Origin: Polyangiales bacterium
GTDB lineage: Bacteria > Myxococcota_A > Polyangia > Polyangiales > JADJQN01
Assembly (NCBI GenBank): GCA_964202905.1
Contig: CAXNJO010000002.1
Span: 704,001 to 768,000 of the forward strand
Reading direction: 5' to 3'
DNA: 64,000 nucleotides
The notes beneath the pieces are model-generated. The model saw only the letters and a list, made by a program, of their open reading frames with translations, ran no database searches and had not been told where the DNA came from. Positions 61,443-64,000 of this stretch are shown in pieces (within the stretch, counting starts at the first letter, position 1; every line of letters starts with the position of its first letter). A program made the position numbers and the translations under genes.

Positions 61443-63512
61443 ATGCATCCATGCGCATGGACGCATGGGGTCGCGCTGCTCCTCGCCTCGCTGATCGCAG
61501 CGGTCGTCGCCGCGTGCGGCGCCCGGGACGCAGGCCTCGGGGCGTCGCTGCGCGGGCCGCTGCCGCCCCCACGCACCCCGGACCCGTGGGCCGTGCCGCG
61601 CGCCGACGCACCGGTCCGCGCGCCCGCGGACGCCCCCGACTTCGCGCACCGCATCGACGACGCGGAGACCTGGCGACGGCTCGCCGCGCGCCCGGAGAAC
61701 GAGGTCTTCGCCCGCACCGAGGTCGTGAAGTTTCTGATCGACCTCGCCGACGCGCGCCGGCTCTGGCTCGTGCAGACCGAGCGCTTCCCGATCCACTACG
61801 AATTCGCGCGCCGCTTCCTCTCGGGCCCGGCGCCCATCGAGTCGCACGCGGCGTTCAACGTGCGCGAGTACCGGCGCCCCGATCGCCGCTTTATCTGCGG
61901 AACCGTCGTGCACCACCTCGATGCGGACGCGTGGACCTTCGAGATGCTCGCCGGCGACGACCTCGACGCGCCGCGCATCGCCGAGGCGTTCGCGCAGGTC
62001 CGCGCGGCCTTGCACGTCGGCCCGCGGCTCCGCTACCGCCCGCTCTCGGCGCTGCACGAAGCGCGGGTCGCCGAGGTCCCCGGGCGGCTCGAGGTCGTGA
62101 CGACGGACCAGCTCCTGGGCGGCGTCGCGTACCAGCCGCTCACGACGGGCACCACGTACGGCGTGCTGCGGATCGTGCGCGGCGCGCTCGATCCAGCGAC
62201 CGTCGGCGCGCAGGAGATCCTCGTGACCGCCGAGGTCCCCGATGATCTGCCGATGGCCATGGGCCTCGTCACCGCGCGCCTGCAAGCGCCGCTCGCGCAC
62301 GTCGCCCTGCTGAGCGCGAACCGCGGCACGCCGAACATGGCCTTGCGGGGCGCGGTCGACGATCCGCGCTTCAGCGCGCTCGAGGGCCGCGTCGTACGGC
62401 TCCACGTCGGGCCGCAGGACTTCGCGATCGCGGAGGCCCCGGGCGCCGAGGCGGAAGCCGCATGGGCCGCTCGCCGCCCCGCGCAGACCTTCACACCGAC
62501 GCTCGATCTCAGAGGCCGCGCGCTGCGCGAGGTGTGCGACGTCGGCCGCGCGCAGCTCGGCGAGGTGGGCGCGAAGGCCGCGCAGCTGGGCGAGGTGTGC
62601 AGGCTCGGCGACGCGCTCCGGGCGGCAGGCGGCGACGTGCGGACGCCGGGCGGCTTCGTGATCCCGACGACCCTCTACGTCGACCACCTCGTGCGCGCGG
62701 ACATCGCGCCGCGGCTCGGCGCGACGTTCGCGGAGCCAGCCTTCCGCGCCGATCGCAGCACGCGCGACGCACGCCTCGCGGCGCTACGCGTATCGATCGC
62801 CGCGGCGCCCGTCGACGCCGCCCTGCTCCGCCTCGTGCGCGCGCGGCTCGCGCGCTTTCCGGCGGGCCGCGCGATCCTGCGCTCGAGCACGAACGCCGAG
62901 GATCTCCCCGGCTTCAACGGCGCAGGTCTCTACGAGTCGGTCGTCCTCGCGACGGACGCCGACGACGCGGCGCTCGCGGACGCGCTCCGCCGCGTGTGGG
63001 CGAGCGTTTTCACGCTGCGCGGCTTCGAGGAGCGCGATTGGTTCCGCATCGATCCGCTCTCGGTCGCGATGGCCGTGCTCGTGCAGCCCTTCGTGCCGCA
63101 CGCGGTGGCCAACGGCGTCGCGATCACGCGCAACCCCTTCAACGAAGGACGCCCCGCGGTCTTCCTCAACGCGCAGGCGACCGGCGGCAGCGTCACCGGC
63201 GCGCGCGACGAGGTGCCCGAGCAGCACCTCGTCTACACGTACACCGAGCAGCTCGAGCCCGAGCGCCTCGGCCGCTCGTCGCGCACCGGCGGAACCGACG
63301 TGCTCGACGCGGACGACGTCCTGCGCGTCGCCCGCGTGCTCCAGCGCCTGCACGACACGCTCGTGCCGACGTACGGCACCCACGCGAACGCCGTCGACGT
63401 CGAGTTCCTGATCTCCGCGCCGCCCGGCGGACGCGAGCGCGTGCTTTACCTCGTGCAAGCCCGCCCTTACCGCGTCGCGTACACCGACGGGCAGCGCTAC
63501 CCGCGGCGCTGA
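61443..63512 (+). CDS. PEP/pyruvate-binding (PPDK_N, ATP-grasp) domain protein with a phospho-His-like segment and a lipoprotein-like signal
   Basis: VVAAC lipobox; VTARLQAPLAHVALLSANRGTPN; VGAKAAQLGE, PGGFVIP, RSSTNAEDLPGFNGAGLYES, VWAS, MAVLVQ, GVAIT, DVEF, VQARP. Confidence 0.8.
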   Translation: MHPCAWTHGVALLLASLIAAVVAACGARDAGLGASLRGPLPPPRTPDPWAVPRADAPVRAPADAPDFAHRIDDAETWRRLAARPENEVFARTEVVKFLIDLADARRLWLVQTERFPIHYEFARRFLSGPAPIESHAAFNVREYRRPDRRFICGTVVHHLDADAWTFEMLAGDDLDAPRIAEAFAQVRAALHVGPRLRYRPLSALHEARVAEVPGRLEVVTTDQLLGGVAYQPLTTGTTYGVLRIVRGALDPATVGAQEILVTAEVPDDLPMAMGLVTARLQAPLAHVALLSANRGTPNMALRGAVDDPRFSALEGRVVRLHVGPQDFAIAEAPGAEAEAAWAARRPAQTFTPTLDLRGRALREVCDVGRAQLGEVGAKAAQLGEVCRLGDALRAAGGDVRTPGGFVIPTTLYVDHLVRADIAPRLGATFAEPAFRADRSTRDARLAALRVSIAAAPVDAALLRLVRARLARFPAGRAILRSSTNAEDLPGFNGAGLYESVVLATDADDAALADALRRVWASVFTLRGFEERDWFRIDPLSVAMAVLVQPFVPHAVANGVAITRNPFNEGRPAVFLNAQATGGSVTGARDEVPEQHLVYTYTEQLEPERLGRSSRTGGTDVLDADDVLRVARVLQRLHDTLVPTYGTHANAVDVEFLISAPPGGRERVLYLVQARPYRVAYTDGQRYPRR

Positions 63513-63692
63513 CCGCGGCCACCCGACCCACGTTGTGACCGCGGCGAACCGACCCACGTTGTGGCGCTACCCGCGACGCTGACCGCGACGCTAACCGCGG
63601 CCACCCGACCCACGTTGTGACCGCGGCGAACCGACCCACGTTGTGGCGCCCCGACCCACGTTGCGCCCACCGCGGCGCCCCGACCCACGTTG
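63495..63692 (+). repeat. Direct-repeat cluster: six CCGACCCACGTTG copies within a larger ~70-bp duplication
   Basis: Motif starts at 63523, 63549, 63605, 63631, 63651 and 63680. Confidence 0.9.
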
Positions 63693-63939
63693 CCATCGGA
63701 ACTCCAAGTCGTATCGACCTACGCTGTGCCCACGGCCCCGACCACCCCCCAGACCGCAGGTCGACCAAACCCACCTTGAGCGCCCGCATTCTCCGCGACC
63801 GACGCAGCCGGCCTCGTCGACCAGGGCGCCGCCAGTGCGCGGTCCGCCGACGGGCGCCACCGACTCCGCCATGTTTGCGCTGCAACCCCCTGAAATCACA
63901 GAGTCGTTCTGCGGCACGCCGCCTGCGCTACGCGCCGCC

Positions 63940-64000
63940 ATGCCGTCTCCCCGCCAAATCTTGCCCGGCTCCACGTACCTCGTCACACGCCGCACGTTAC
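63940..64000 (+). mobile_element. 5' end of a probable Y1 (IS200/RAYT-like) HUH transposase, truncated by the window edge
   Basis: Translates MPSPRQILPGSTYLVTRRTL, matching the 'PR...PG..Y.VTRR' N-terminus of Y1/RAYT proteins; only 20 codons are visible. Confidence 0.6.

Noticed and set aside
61443..63512. Rifampin phosphotransferase or ppsA
   Set aside because: The domain order differs, and the rifampin-binding and PEP-binding domains are absent.
63495..63692. CRISPR array
   Set aside because: The repeat is only 13 bp, the spacers are short, irregular and themselves repeated, and there are no cas genes in the window.

Overview
A very GC-rich bacterial window. It is probably Myxococcota (Polyangia/Sandaracinaceae-like); this is inferred from a MYXO-CTERM motif, many Cys-rich lipoproteins and the gene repertoire. 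It holds about 40 CDSs and a tmRNA gene. Core and metabolic genes include a phosphoketolase, argE-argA, a maltodextrin-type ABC transporter, a porin and amylase, sspB, a HelD-like motor, a SWIM-SNF2 helicase and a P450. Several genes carry clustered 1-bp indels that look like long-read assembly errors. The most notable observations are: (1) a photoactive-yellow-protein (PYP)-like domain fused directly to a histidine kinase and translationally coupled to a PrsW-type protease; (2) a presenilin/SPP-like GxGD membrane protease between a Crp/Fnr regulator and a Ser/Thr kinase; (3) an apparent polyprotein in which a MYXO-CTERM anchor reads in-frame into a second lipoprotein signal; (4) a three-gene accessory block between ssrA and sspB; (5) a candidate C-loop sRNA upstream of ssrA; (6) recurrent TAnnnT boxes 6-9 nt before start codons, suggesting leaderless mRNAs; (7) direct repeats preceding a Y1/RAYT-like transposase at the right edge. 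All family calls rest on motif recognition by eye; no searches were run.
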